Positions 39,159-49,590 are shown, counted from the first letter of the stretch. The stretch: DNA of 64,000 bases from Lachnospiraceae bacterium (GCA_045127535.1 JBGVQN010000009.1:54786-118785), one strand, 5' to 3'. Translations and numbers: made by a program. Notes: generated by a model not told the origin, from the letters alone.

Positions 39159-39360
39159 CGACTACCCGGACGGAGTTAGCCAGACTGGATGCATTTGCAC
39201 GCAAAACACGCTCTCGCTTCGGGAAGTACGCAGCGGTTCTAAGGCCGCAGACAGGCAAAATCAGTCGTAAGTAAACTTACGGCTGATTTCACCTGTCTGC
39301 GGCCTAAGAACCGGCGTCCTTCAGAGTTTTGTTTAGCAAAGGCAGCCAGCCTGGCTAACT
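39159..39360 (-). repeat. diverged variant of the repeat family containing a ~75-nt near-perfect palindrome
   Basis: CGCTCTCGCTTCGG...CGCAGCGG matches the reverse-complement core. Its own TIRs are GGAGTTAGCCAGACTGG and CCAGCCTGGCTAACTCC. The internal hairpin spans 39236-39311. Confidence 0.55.
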
Positions 39361-39633
39361 CCTGGGTATTGGTAAATCTCCAGGTGTATTTGTAAATGTG
39401 GAATGTGGTCGACTTAGCAGGAAACTGGTTGCTGCAGAGTGCAAAGTATATTTGCAAGCATGGAAATGCGTCTATGCGGGCAAGGCCTGTGAGCTGGTGC
39501 ATAAAGTGGACTGCAGTGTAGCATGGCAGTTGTGAATAAGAAGGTAGGGAAGCAGGTTTTCACGGGGGATTCGTATAAATGCGGAGCGTGGAGATCTGCT
39601 TTTTATATCGATGTTTTACAGAGTGTCAGGGAA

Positions 39634-39904
39634 GGTGTTTTGCAATCGACTATTCTCATATTTGAACAATAACGAAAGTCTGCTACGTATCAGCTTTGTG
39701 AAGTGCCTGTCAGAAAATGTTTTCTAAGCAGGCTCTTAAAAACGCCGGCACTTTAAATTTTGCACCGTAGGTGCAAAATTTATTAGTACCGCTGGGTTTT
39801 TACCGAAGCGAGAGCATGCAAACGTATCATAAATGATACGTCGCGTGCAAACATTTTCTGACAGGCACTTCACAAAGCGTCCGGTAACAAGTTGTGCAAT
39901 TGTC
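39634..39904 (+). repeat. MITE-like palindromic intergenic repeat, full copy
   Basis: It shares the core with 8806-9026. The central hairpin is TTTTGCACCGTAGGTGCAAAA. There is an extra CGTATCAT-aa-ATGATACG hairpin. The TIR reads CTTTGTGAAGTGCCTGTCAGAAAATGTTTT. Confidence 0.8.
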
Positions 39905-39930
39905 TATTTCAGATTAGTTGGAAGGAGAAG

Positions 39931-40908
39931 GTTTTGGAGAATAAGAAGACAAATTTTTATAGTATTATACATGAGATCTGCAGGGAGCAGGGGATCGTCT
40001 GCAGGGATTATGCAGATGGATGGGCGTTTGAATTGTCCAGAGAGGGGAAACACAGTTTTATTTTTGGCTATCAGTTTGGGCTGAATCTTTCTGCAGTGCA
40101 GCAGATCTGCAATGACAAGGGGGCAGCCAGTGAGGTGATGGCGGCTAAGGGGATCGCCCATGTGCATCATCAGGCTTTTATGTGTCCTCCTATGCAGAAG
40201 TTTGTTGGAGGAGATGGGTGCTTTCAGGAGATTTTGGATCTGTTTGAGGCACAGGGACGTGACCTGGTGGTGAAGGATAATGAGGGCACCGGAGGCAATC
40301 TGGTGTTTCATGTGACCAGCCGCAAGGCACTGGAGCTGGCAGCTTTTGAGATCTTTTCTTCCTGTAACTCCATTGCTTTGTGCCCTTATTATGATATTTT
40401 GCAGGAGTATCGGGTGGTGCTGTTGGATGGAGAGGTCAAGGTGATCTTCTCCAAGCTCCGTCAGGGGATTACAGGAGATGGTACCTCCAGCCTGCTTGCA
40501 TTGTATCAGCAGTATCTGGCAGAGGAAGGCGCAAAAGAGGATGGTGCGGCAAAGAGCGCTGCGATCGAGCAGGCAGCAGCTGAAAGCGGATTTTTACTGC
40601 AGGATCTGAGCCGGATTTCTGAGAAAGGAAAGTTTTATCCCTTCCAGTGGAAGCACAACTTAGGACAGGGAGCAGGCGCGCAGCTCATTGTACCAGAGGA
40701 CGTACCGGAAGCAGTGGCGCTGGCCAGACAGACAGCAGAGGCGCTGCAGGTGCGGTTTGGTTCCTTTGATGTGATACGGACAGCAGAGGGGATGTTGGTA
40801 TTAGAGGTGAACACCGGCGTGATGATGGAAAATCTGGCTGGTATGAGTGAGAAAAATTACAGGATGGTAAAGTCTGTTTATACGGAGGCCATTGAAAAAA
40901 TGCTCTGA
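39931..40908 (+). CDS. ATP-grasp domain protein
   Basis: TTG start, with the RBS GGAAGGAGAAGG 5 nt upstream. The ATP-grasp assignment is a tentative by-eye guess from the Gly-rich segment KDNEGTGGNLV and the overall size and order. Confidence 0.4.
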   Translation, partial: VLENKKTNFYSIIHEICREQGIVCRDYADGWAFELSREGKHSFIFGYQFGLNLSAVQQICNDKGAASEVMAAKGIAHVHHQAFMCPPMQKFVGGDGCFQEILDLFEAQGRDLVVKDNEGTGGNLVFHVTSRKALELAAFEIFSSCNSIALCPYYDILQEYRVVLLDGEVKVIFSKLRQGITGDGTSSLLALYQQYLAEEGAKEDGAAKSAAIEQAAAESGFLLQDLSRISEKGKFYPFQWKHNLGQGAGAQLIVPEDVPEAVALARQTAEALQVRFGSFDVIRTAEGMLVLEVNTGVMMENLAGMSEKNYRMVKSVYTEAIEKML

Positions 40909-41106
40909 TAGGGGTTTCGCCATTTTCGATATTATGCTATAATAAAATAATGAGTGTGGTTTTACATCCATCACCATATAACACAGATAATTGACAGGCA
41001 GCTGCGGTCAGTTTGTCTGCCTGATGGCACAAAGGCAGCAACAGATGGCAGGATTTGATAGAATCATAGAGCAAGGGGAAGTCTGTTTCCCGAATTGGAG
41101 GTTATT

Positions 41107-41256
41107 ATGATTAATTTCGAAGAAGAATTGGCAAAATTCCGCCCCAGCGAAGAAATCAGTCAGAATAAAGACGAGGCAGTACACGATAAATCCACTGATT
41201 TATCCGATATTATGATGGAAATTTTAAAGCAGATGAATGAAACAACCAAAAGTTGA
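41107..41256 (+). CDS. possible 49-aa acidic small protein
   Basis: The RBS GGAGG lies 6 nt before the ATG. The product reads MINFEEELAKFRPSEEISQNKDEAVHDKSTDLSDIMMEILKQMNETTKS. Confidence 0.3.
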   Translation: MINFEEELAKFRPSEEISQNKDEAVHDKSTDLSDIMMEILKQMNETTKS

Positions 41257-41279
41257 TTCATACAATAGGGGTGAAAAGC

Positions 41280-42767
41280 ATGAATTGTTGCAATTGTGAT
41301 GTGAGTTTAACAAAGAATCACATCTGTCCAAACTGCGGTACAGATTACAGCTTGTACGTGCGGATACTGGAATTATCTAACGAGTATTATAATGACGGTC
41401 TCATGAAAGCCCGTGCCAGGGATTTATCCGGTGCTGCAGAAAAATTACGAACCAGTCTGCAGTTGAATAAGCGAAATGTACCGGCCAGAAATCTTCTTGG
41501 CCTTATTTACTATGAAATGGGAGATGCCGACCTGGCATTGAAGGAATGGAATGTCAGCCGTATGCTGAAATTCCGCAGCAATCCTGCGGACAAGTATGTA
41601 GAAGAACTGCTGTCAGACACAGAGTCTGTTAACAGTTATAATAATTCCATCTGCAAGTTTAATCTGGCTCTGCAGAATGTGCAGGAGGAAAATAACGTTG
41701 ATCTGGCCATTGTCCAGCTGAAAAAAGTGATCAACATCAATCCAAGACTGTTAAAAGCCTATCAGTTGCTGGCACTGCTTTACATCAAAACAGGCCAGTA
41801 TGCCAAGGCACTGGCGGTGTTAAACAGATGTCTGGAAGTGGACAGAGGCAATATCTGTGCCAGAGCATATATCAATGAGTTAAAGACCAGAAAGCTGGTA
41901 CAGGATAAAAAAGAACGCCTGACTGCAGGAGAAAAGGAACGGGCAGACGTAGTTGTTCCTACTAAAATACGGGATGTGGGTACTTATGTTTCCAATGGAT
42001 TGTATATTTTGCTGGGTGTTGTTCTGGCGATTGGAATCTTCTGGTATGCCATTGTGCCGGAGATCCGTACCGAGTATGAAAGCGTAAGCCGCTATACGGC
42101 CAGTGAATACGAAGGAAAAATTGATGACCTGAACAGAGAAGTGACAGAACTGACGGATCAGGTGGAAGAATTGAACGACACCATCGAAGAGATGGAAAAG
42201 GATTCCCAAGAAGCCAGGGCAGATTATGAGGCGAATGCAAGCAATTCAGAAGGCATTATTGCAGACTATAACAAGCTGCTGGATATTTTTGCATTGTATG
42301 TGAATCATGATTATATGAATGTAGAGACAGCTTTTGATGGACTGTCTCTGCGGGATTCTGAGGAAACTGCTTATCAGGATATGTATCGCCAGGTGCGGGA
42401 CAACATTCAGAATGAAATGCCTACCCAGCTGTTGGTATGGGCAAATTATTACCGGGACAGCGGGGATTATCAGCATGCGGCGGAATATTATGATCAGGTG
42501 CTTACCTATCAGCAGGATGCCAATACCTTATATTGGGCTGGTGTAAGTTATCAGAATCTGAATAACAAGGATAAAGCTGTGAGCTATTATACCATGGTGG
42601 CGGAGAATTATGTGGAAACAGAGTTTTTCGAACCAGCTGTGGAGCAGATTGCGGCTTTACAGGGCGGACATGCAGATACTTTGAAGGCCCAGTATAGACA
42701 GCTGTGGCAGGAGAAACAGGCAGCGGCTCAGGGGGATGAGCAGGGCGGAGAGAATCAGAATCCGTAA
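41280..42767 (+). CDS. TPR-repeat protein with N-terminal zinc-ribbon, single TM helix and coiled coil
   Basis: The zinc ribbon reads CCNCDVSLTKNHICPNCG. TPR-like helices flank a TM segment reading LYILLGVVLAIGIFWYAIV. An acidic coiled coil is also present. Confidence 0.55.
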   Translation: MNCCNCDVSLTKNHICPNCGTDYSLYVRILELSNEYYNDGLMKARARDLSGAAEKLRTSLQLNKRNVPARNLLGLIYYEMGDADLALKEWNVSRMLKFRSNPADKYVEELLSDTESVNSYNNSICKFNLALQNVQEENNVDLAIVQLKKVININPRLLKAYQLLALLYIKTGQYAKALAVLNRCLEVDRGNICARAYINELKTRKLVQDKKERLTAGEKERADVVVPTKIRDVGTYVSNGLYILLGVVLAIGIFWYAIVPEIRTEYESVSRYTASEYEGKIDDLNREVTELTDQVEELNDTIEEMEKDSQEARADYEANASNSEGIIADYNKLLDIFALYVNHDYMNVETAFDGLSLRDSEETAYQDMYRQVRDNIQNEMPTQLLVWANYYRDSGDYQHAAEYYDQVLTYQQDANTLYWAGVSYQNLNNKDKAVSYYTMVAENYVETEFFEPAVEQIAALQGGHADTLKAQYRQLWQEKQAAAQGDEQGGENQNP

Positions 42768-43305
42768 GGTTGTATAAAGAATAAATGTGAGAAAGACTGT
42801 TACGAACAGGGAAAATGACCTGTAGTAGCAGTCTTTTTTTGTGTACAAAAATTAGTTCTTTGAAAAGAGTTATATACAATGGAGATATATAATGTAGCAT
42901 GGTGGAGAACTGTTCTTATAAACAATTTTAACATTATTTACTATATAATATCCAATGATTTTTAATTAATAACGGAAATAAGCCATGGTTTATTGACGTG
43001 TCGGAATATAAATGATAAAATATAAAAAAATGTAATAAAAAGGGAATTTGTATAAAAATAACTTAAAATTCTGACATATATTGACAAAATTGTGCGACAA
43101 ATAAACATTAACATTGAGAAATGCAAACAATAGATGGATATAGAATACTTTCTAGATATTACTTATATTCATGATTCCTGAAATACCAGAACTTCATTGA
43201 AAACGGAACTCAAAGAATATAATGAGTATGTAATTATAAGTTTTACAAATAACGTATCGTAATGTTCAGTCTTTCAAAATAAAAAATACAAAAGGAGTGT
43301 GCGGA

Positions 43306-44295
43306 ATGAATCAATGGCAGGAATGGATCAAGAAAAACGCAGCATTATTGCTTCACATTACAGTGGGAGTTACAGCAAGTATACTAGCAGCCATTCTATA
43401 CGAACAGCTGACCCCATGTCACCTATTCATCAACATAGTATTCATCATCATACTGCTTTACAGTGCAGTGAACTTCGTACTGACCCCTCAAAAGAAACAC
43501 TGGAAATGGAAGTGTTTTGTACTCATAGCTGTTATGATCGGAATGAACCGATTATATGAGTATCAGACGATCCTTGAGCTGTGTCCTTTTTTAGAGGATT
43601 ATTCACCAGCCGCATTAGGCAGCTGTGCCATACTGATCATCGTCAGTATCATCACTACGATCAAATTGCTGCAATATATAGATTGGAGTACTCTCCTAAC
43701 CCCAGACGAACCCCGGTCTCCCAATAAAACCAGAATAGATGGCAGATGGATCTTCATTTTCGTAGGTCTGATCCTTGTGATGACAATAGTAATGGTAGGA
43801 AGTGTCTGGGTCAGTAAGCATGATGGCGTCTCATACAAGGAAGTGCTAAAAGATGTTATAATACTTGTGGCTGTCATATATGCCGGCACCATGGGCATAC
43901 TGCTTTGTATCAAATATACAGGATCAAAAAACAAGACCAAGATGGTGGTAAAGCCTGTAAATGCAGAAAATCAAGCAGAAGAAGATCTGAATCCTGGAGC
44001 AATCAAAAGTCCCAATCCGGAATATGTCTATCCGGATGAAACAGATGAGGACTGGAAGGAAATCAAATCAGCTGCAAAAAGCAAGGTCATCGCAATTGTA
44101 AAATACTTATTTGTGGATCTGATCCTGGGATTTTTCCTGTCCATAGTCACCTATATGAAATTTATCCCGGAATTTCTTCTGGAAATATATGAACTGATAT
44201 TTGAAAATGAAGAGAGCGACGATACTGTAGAGGGTGAGACTGCAGCTGCGACAGCAGAAAGCGAACCATTGGCATTTCAGGAAACAGAAGAGTAA
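43306..44295 (+). CDS. polytopic membrane protein with acidic C-terminal tail, function unknown
   Basis: The RBS AAAGGAG lies 8 nt before the ATG. There are about 6 TM helices, and the C-terminus reads ESDDTVEGETAAATAESEPLAFQETEE. Confidence 0.5.
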   Translation: MNQWQEWIKKNAALLLHITVGVTASILAAILYEQLTPCHLFINIVFIIILLYSAVNFVLTPQKKHWKWKCFVLIAVMIGMNRLYEYQTILELCPFLEDYSPAALGSCAILIIVSIITTIKLLQYIDWSTLLTPDEPRSPNKTRIDGRWIFIFVGLILVMTIVMVGSVWVSKHDGVSYKEVLKDVIILVAVIYAGTMGILLCIKYTGSKNKTKMVVKPVNAENQAEEDLNPGAIKSPNPEYVYPDETDEDWKEIKSAAKSKVIAIVKYLFVDLILGFFLSIVTYMKFIPEFLLEIYELIFENEESDDTVEGETAAATAESEPLAFQETEE

Positions 44296-44310
44296 GGGGG
44301 GAGGAATGGT

Positions 44311-45900
44311 ATGGCAGAAAAAAGCAAAAATACAAAACAGATAGATCATCAGAAAAAAGGCGGCAACGGAATCCGGGTTTTGAAAGTAGCTGCCCTGTAC
44401 TTTGCAATCATTTCTTTCATAGCCACCGCACAGGGATTAGAGGAATTTATATTTCATGATGGGATACAGGCCAGCATACTGTCATTTGCAATACAGGGAA
44501 CCCTTTTTGTTCTGAACCTGCGGCTCCCCAGTTATATTGGCAGACTGAAAAGAATGTACAGAGTGTGCCTGATTACCTTATATGCGGGAACTCTGTGTAC
44601 AAGCTCCATATTTTCATTCATTTACATTGCCAATTTTAACTATGAGTCTACAAGATATATCAATTCTGAAATTGATTTAAAAAACAGCTATCAGGCAGCT
44701 CTGACAGATGCAGATGAATATATTGAAGAGGGTATGAAGCTGACCCTGGATCTGATGGTTACATATGCAGGGGATCTGGTGGAACTGTCAGGAACAGGCA
44801 GCAAAACGCCGCTGGAATATTATGAAGAGATACTGGCAGGAAAGACACCAGCAGAACGTGAAGAATTCATGGCGTACGGCGAATACAAAACATTAACAGA
44901 CCTGCAAAACAGCAGCAATGAGCTGTGGATAGAGACAATTGATACGATCCTTGCAGATTTTGAAAAAAAGGCTGCTGATAAGGATGTTGAGGTTGCAAAA
45001 TACAACAGCATGTGTGAAAGAGATCCGGCCAATTCTGCGGCCTATGAGGCTGCCCGTGATGAGATGGAAGCAGAATACGAAGGGTTGCGAATCGAAAGCA
45101 GGACTTCTGTCATGAAAAGTCTGAAAGAAAAGATTGCCAATGGCAGCACCGATCTGATGAATGAGTTTCTGGCAGAAGCGTTAAAACCAAGCCCGGATGC
45201 AGATGTGCTGGAAAGCAAAATTGGAGAATTTGTTGAAGTTGTAGTAGATGGGGTGAACAGCAATGGTTCGGGTACTGCAGGGGCTGCTGTCAATGAAGAC
45301 GTTGCCTATTCTGATATCATTGATGCCACCCAGAAATTAAGGGCAGTGGTAGAGCAGTACATAGAGCTGGTAGAATTGACTGACAATACAGATGACAGTT
45401 TGTCAATCCAGGGATTAAAGGAAGAATTCTATGGCCGGGCAGATCTGGTACCAGATGCCGCAATAGGAAGCATGTCACAGGAAGAATTAGAGGAAAAAGG
45501 CAATGCATCCTTACTGGAAGCCAAAAATCTGTGGATCAGCGACTGGGATGCAAGGTACAAAAATCTGGAACGCCTGATTGGTTCCCTTCCGGTTTTCTCT
45601 GAAGAAGCACGAAACAGCGTATCAGAAAATGCAGTTGTGAATACAGAAATACTGGAAACATTTGATAAAGACCAGGTGGTAGAAGCGTTAAGCTTTACAT
45701 CCAGAGCCAATTTAGCAGAAGTCAGTGTAATGGAACGGGTATTTAGAAGTTTAAGCAAAGGACCCATCCGTACACCAGCGGTGGCTGCGCTGCTTCTGGC
45801 TTTTATGTGTGATTTGGCATCTTTGGCATCTGGTATATTTATTTATGGTATTACCAAGAAAGAGGATAAAAACGACTTACGTATTACTCCTGTGAAATAA
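44311..45900 (+). CDS. membrane-anchored protein with long acidic coiled-coil ectodomain and C-terminal TM helix, function unknown
   Basis: The RBS GGGGGGAGG precedes the ATG. N-terminal TM helices, a helical segment of about 350 aa, and a C-terminal hydrophobic helix. Confidence 0.5.
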   Translation: MAEKSKNTKQIDHQKKGGNGIRVLKVAALYFAIISFIATAQGLEEFIFHDGIQASILSFAIQGTLFVLNLRLPSYIGRLKRMYRVCLITLYAGTLCTSSIFSFIYIANFNYESTRYINSEIDLKNSYQAALTDADEYIEEGMKLTLDLMVTYAGDLVELSGTGSKTPLEYYEEILAGKTPAEREEFMAYGEYKTLTDLQNSSNELWIETIDTILADFEKKAADKDVEVAKYNSMCERDPANSAAYEAARDEMEAEYEGLRIESRTSVMKSLKEKIANGSTDLMNEFLAEALKPSPDADVLESKIGEFVEVVVDGVNSNGSGTAGAAVNEDVAYSDIIDATQKLRAVVEQYIELVELTDNTDDSLSIQGLKEEFYGRADLVPDAAIGSMSQEELEEKGNASLLEAKNLWISDWDARYKNLERLIGSLPVFSEEARNSVSENAVVNTEILETFDKDQVVEALSFTSRANLAEVSVMERVFRSLSKGPIRTPAVAALLLAFMCDLASLASGIFIYGITKKEDKNDLRITPVK

Positions 45901-46149
45901 AAAGTTTTCATAGCAGCTGTGTGACCAACTGCGTCACTAACTTTGTCACCATCAAGTGGCGAAGCTGGTGACGCAGTTTTTTTGATTGCAGCCAATATGC
46001 TTTGCGGGCATCATGCAGGTAACCACCGCGTGATCTACTAATTCAATTGAAAAGCATACATATATCCAGTCATGAACCTCTTCCCTTGCGCATAAATTAT
46101 AATAGTATGCCCCGCAGTCTTTACTTCTGCCCGGCAAAAGGAGGAACTA

Positions 46150-46469
46150 TGAATCCAAAATCACTCACGCAATATTCCGGCTCCAATCTCATCATCCACC
46201 TGCCATCCGAACTGGATGAAAATACCTGCCCACAGATCACCAGCGAACTGAAATCCCGTATGGCCAACCGCCATCCCACAGCCATCATATTTGACTTCAC
46301 CAATACCATTTTCATGGACAGTGCTGCCATTGGTATGCTTCTTGCCCGCTATAAGGAGTTATCTCTCACTGGGACTGCCATCTGCCTGACCGGAGAGCGT
46401 GACCGCATTCAGAGAATCCTCCGTATGTCCGGCATATACACCATTATAAAACACATAGACAGGCCTTGA
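46150..46469 (+). CDS. spoIIAA: anti-sigma F factor antagonist SpoIIAA (STAS domain)
   Basis: A 106-aa STAS protein carrying the phospho-Ser context DSAAIGML. An RBS, AAAGGAGGA, precedes the ATG. Confidence 0.8.
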
Positions 46470-46515
46470 AGCAGTGCCAGATACATTGCCAAAAACCCAG
46501 CAGAAAGGACGCAAA

Positions 46516-47046
46516 ATGAACGAGCAAATGCAATTGCAAATCCAAAGCGACTGCCGAAACGTCTCTTTTGCCAGAGTCGTAGTAGCAGCATTTATATCCA
46601 GACTGGATCCTACCATTGAGGAATTAGAAGACGTAAAAACGGCTGTCTCCGAAGCTGTCACCAATGCCATCATCCATGGCTACCGTGACCAGCCAGGTAT
46701 TGTAACCATTACCTGCCGGATTACAGAGCAGCAGCCGGTGCAGCAGGCTTTAAAAACACAGACAAGCATGCCCACCCAGAAGTCCCTGCAGTATGACATT
46801 GCGCCACAGACAAGAACGGCGCAAACTCCATCCCCGGAAATCACCATTAGCATTCAGGATACCGGCATCGGCATTCCCGATATCAAACAGGCTATGGAAC
46901 CGATGTACACAGGCCGTCCAGACCTGGAACGTTCCGGTATGGGCTTTTCTTTCATGGAAGCCTTTATGGACAACCTGCAGGTAGAGTCTGCCCTGGGAAA
47001 AGGCACCACTGTCACTATGAAAAAATCATTCAGAAAGGAAGCATAA
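46516..47046 (+). CDS. spoIIAB: anti-sigma F factor SpoIIAB (GHKL serine kinase) with ~35-aa Q/T/P-rich insertion
   Basis: SFARVVVAAF...AVSEAVTNAIIHGY, DTGIGIPD and ERSGMGF appear collinear with B. subtilis SpoIIAB. There is an extra low-complexity loop at about 46720-46830. Confidence 0.8.
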   Translation: MNEQMQLQIQSDCRNVSFARVVVAAFISRLDPTIEELEDVKTAVSEAVTNAIIHGYRDQPGIVTITCRITEQQPVQQALKTQTSMPTQKSLQYDIAPQTRTAQTPSPEITISIQDTGIGIPDIKQAMEPMYTGRPDLERSGMGFSFMEAFMDNLQVESALGKGTTVTMKKSFRKEA

Positions 47047-47053
47047 CTGCATT

Positions 47054-47773
47054 ATGGATAATCGTCTGCTGTTGATAGAACAGGCTCAGGCGGGAGATAA
47101 GGCTGCAAGGGAATTGGTGGTCAGCACGAATTTAGGGCTGGTTTGGAGCATTGTCAAACGATTCACCGGCAGGGGATACGATGCAGAGGATTTGTTTCAG
47201 TTAGGGTGCATAGGATTGATCAAGGCTGTAGACCGGTTTGACAACAGCTTTGGAGTACAGTTTTCTACATATGCGGTTCCTATGATCACAGGAGAGATCA
47301 AGCGCTTTCTGCGGGACGACGGCATGGTTAAGGTCAGCCGCTCCATGAAAGAGCTGTCTTTTGCTGCAAAAAAAAAGGTAGAGGAATTTCAAAGTAAAGA
47401 GGGCAGAGACCCTACTATAGAGGAACTTTCCGCTCTGGTAGGGGTTTCAAGGGAAGAACTGGCAGCAGCCATGGAATCAGGGGCTGAGGTAGAAAGCCTG
47501 CAGCAGGTGATTTATCAGGGAGAGGGACAGGCGATTACCAGAATGGATCATTTAGAACAGGAGCGTGACGAGCAGGCAGAGCTGGTAGACCGTATGACCG
47601 TGTACCAGCTGGTAGAGGAATTGGAGGAAAATGAGCAGAAGCTGATCATCCTGCGCTTTTTCCTGGACCAGACTCAGAACCAGATCGCAGCTACCCTTGG
47701 AATCTCCCAGGTACAAGTCAGCCGTATGGAAAAAAGAATATTGAAAAAAATGCGGGAAAAAATCACTACATAA
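47054..47773 (+). CDS. sigF: sporulation sigma factor SigF
   Basis: Sigma-70 regions 2 to 4, with GLIKAVDRFD and QIAATLGISQVQVSRMEKR. The position after spoIIAA-spoIIAB fits. Confidence 0.85.
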   Translation: MDNRLLLIEQAQAGDKAARELVVSTNLGLVWSIVKRFTGRGYDAEDLFQLGCIGLIKAVDRFDNSFGVQFSTYAVPMITGEIKRFLRDDGMVKVSRSMKELSFAAKKKVEEFQSKEGRDPTIEELSALVGVSREELAAAMESGAEVESLQQVIYQGEGQAITRMDHLEQERDEQAELVDRMTVYQLVEELEENEQKLIILRFFLDQTQNQIAATLGISQVQVSRMEKRILKKMREKITT

Positions 47774-47997
47774 AGAATGAAAAGCAGCTGAATCAAATCC
47801 AGAAATTTCCAGCATACAAAATTTGTATTGGATAACACTATCTACAAAGAGTTCCAGTAATCATACTGGAATGGGCACCAGAAAATGCCGGAAGATCTGA
47901 AACGGAACTTTTTATAAAAAGTTCAGCAGGAGTGCTGGCAAATGATTTGGAAAAGCAATACATGCGTTTTCCTATATAGGTGCAGATTGGAGACACT

Positions 47998-48189
47998 ATG
48001 AGCAAACCTATGATTCGAACTGGATTGATAATTGCGTTGATTACAGTTATGATGCTGTGTGCATGGTACTTTCTGCAAAGCGGCAAAAAGGCAGTCTACA
48101 CAGATGCAGTTCTGGTGCAGAACAATGCTCAGGTAGCAGAGGAAACCAAAGATTGTTTTCTGCTGCAGGAGGATGATACTTCTATATGA
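47998..48189 (+). CDS. possible small membrane protein upstream of spoVAA
   Basis: A 63-aa protein with one TM helix. Its stop overlaps the spoVAA start. Confidence 0.3.
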   Translation: MSKPMIRTGLIIALITVMMLCAWYFLQSGKKAVYTDAVLVQNNAQVAEETKDCFLLQEDDTSI

Positions 48190-48806
48190 GTGAAACATTA
48201 TATTTGAAACTGGAGCAAAATCCACAAGTGACCGCAGATTCTGTCCATATTTCAGACATCAGCGAAACCTGGTGCAAGGATAAGCACATCTTAGCCGAGT
48301 GCAGGGCAGTAAAGGTAAAAAATCTGAATCCAGGTCCCAAAAGCAGAACCATTTACTCTGCAATGGAGCTTGTACAGATGATTCAGGAGTCAGTGGAGGA
48401 TGTAGAGGTAACGGTGCTTGGAGAGCAGGATATCATTATTTCCCGCCATCCCGGTGAACAATGCAATCCAGTGTGGGAGTGGTGCAAGACCATTGGCATA
48501 TCCCTGGTGATCTTTTTTGGCTCTGCCTTTGCCATTATGACCTTTAACAATGACGTAGGGGTAAAAGACGTATTTGACGAGCTGCATGTATGGGTAATGG
48601 GCAGCGCATCAGAAGGCTTGTCTGCTCTGGAAATATCGTATACAGTAGGACTTGCAGTGGGGATCCTGGTGTTTTATAACCATTTCCGTAAAAAGACCAG
48701 AATTTCCGATCCTACCCCTCTGGAAGTGGAGATGCGACAGTATGAAACAGACGTCAATACTGCCATCATTCAGGAGGATTCCAGATTAAAGAAGTCAGGC
48801 AGTTGA
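48186..48806 (+). CDS. spoVAA: stage V sporulation protein AA
   Basis: The product appears collinear with B. subtilis SpoVAA in a by-eye comparison (AIMTFNNDV, SPLEVEM). Confidence 0.8.
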   Translation: MSETLYLKLEQNPQVTADSVHISDISETWCKDKHILAECRAVKVKNLNPGPKSRTIYSAMELVQMIQESVEDVEVTVLGEQDIIISRHPGEQCNPVWEWCKTIGISLVIFFGSAFAIMTFNNDVGVKDVFDELHVWVMGSASEGLSALEISYTVGLAVGILVFYNHFRKKTRISDPTPLEVEMRQYETDVNTAIIQEDSRLKKSGS

Positions 48807-49092
48807 TGTGAGTCTGCCACACCTATTGTAAAGTAAGAAAATGTTCTGAAAAATCAGCTTTGTATCGAAAAAACTGATAGGGCACAAGCTTGAATGCAGA
48901 ACATCTATCCCAAAATAGGGATTCAATGAGGATAGAAGGAACAATATCAGTTGGCATTTGATCAAACGATATACAGCAGGCTCAAATGAAAGGATCATGC
49001 AATTGTGACTTACACACAGATGAGTGTAATGGTAATGAACAAGCAGATATTAAAAAACAGATACTTAAGTCTATATACAAAGGGGAGTGCAT

Positions 49093-49509
49093 ATGCGGTG
49101 GATAATACTTTGGCTGATAGGGGTGTCATCTGGACTGGTAACTTCTGCCGGTGTGTTTGCACTGATTACGGTAATTGGCATCATTCCAAGACTGGCAGGT
49201 AAGAGCCGGACAGCTTCACGTGTCCGTATTTATGAATGGGCCATCATTTTAGGCGGCGTACTTGGAAACCTGCAGTATCTTCTGGGTACGAAGCTTCCTG
49301 TGGGACAGGTGGGTCTTGGGATGTTTGGATTGGGATGCGGCATCTTTGTCAGCTGTCTGGTCATGTCTCTGGCAGAGACATTGGATGTATTCCCGATCAT
49401 GATCCGCCGAACCAGAATGAAGGTGGGACTGCCCTGGCTGGTGCTTGCATTTGCTTTGGGCAAAAGTGTAGGGGCATTTCTGTTTTTCTGGTATGGATGG
49501 CATGTGTAG
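49093..49509 (+). CDS. spoVAB: stage V sporulation protein AB
   Basis: The product appears collinear with B. subtilis SpoVAB in a by-eye comparison (VIGIIPRL..., FPIMIRR). An RBS, AGGGGAG, lies 5 nt before the ATG. Confidence 0.8.
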   Translation: MRWIILWLIGVSSGLVTSAGVFALITVIGIIPRLAGKSRTASRVRIYEWAIILGGVLGNLQYLLGTKLPVGQVGLGMFGLGCGIFVSCLVMSLAETLDVFPIMIRRTRMKVGLPWLVLAFALGKSVGAFLFFWYGWHV

Positions 49510-49545
49510 GCTGGTCTGATTAATAGATTAAGGTGATTTAAGAAT

Positions 49546-49590
49546 CAGACACTTCACAAAGCGTCCAGTAACGTGTTTTTCGTAATTGTC
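49546..49590 (+). repeat. solo right-terminus fragment of the repeat
   Basis: CAGACACTTCACAAAGCGTCCAGTAACGTGTTTTTCGTAATTGTC. Confidence 0.6.
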
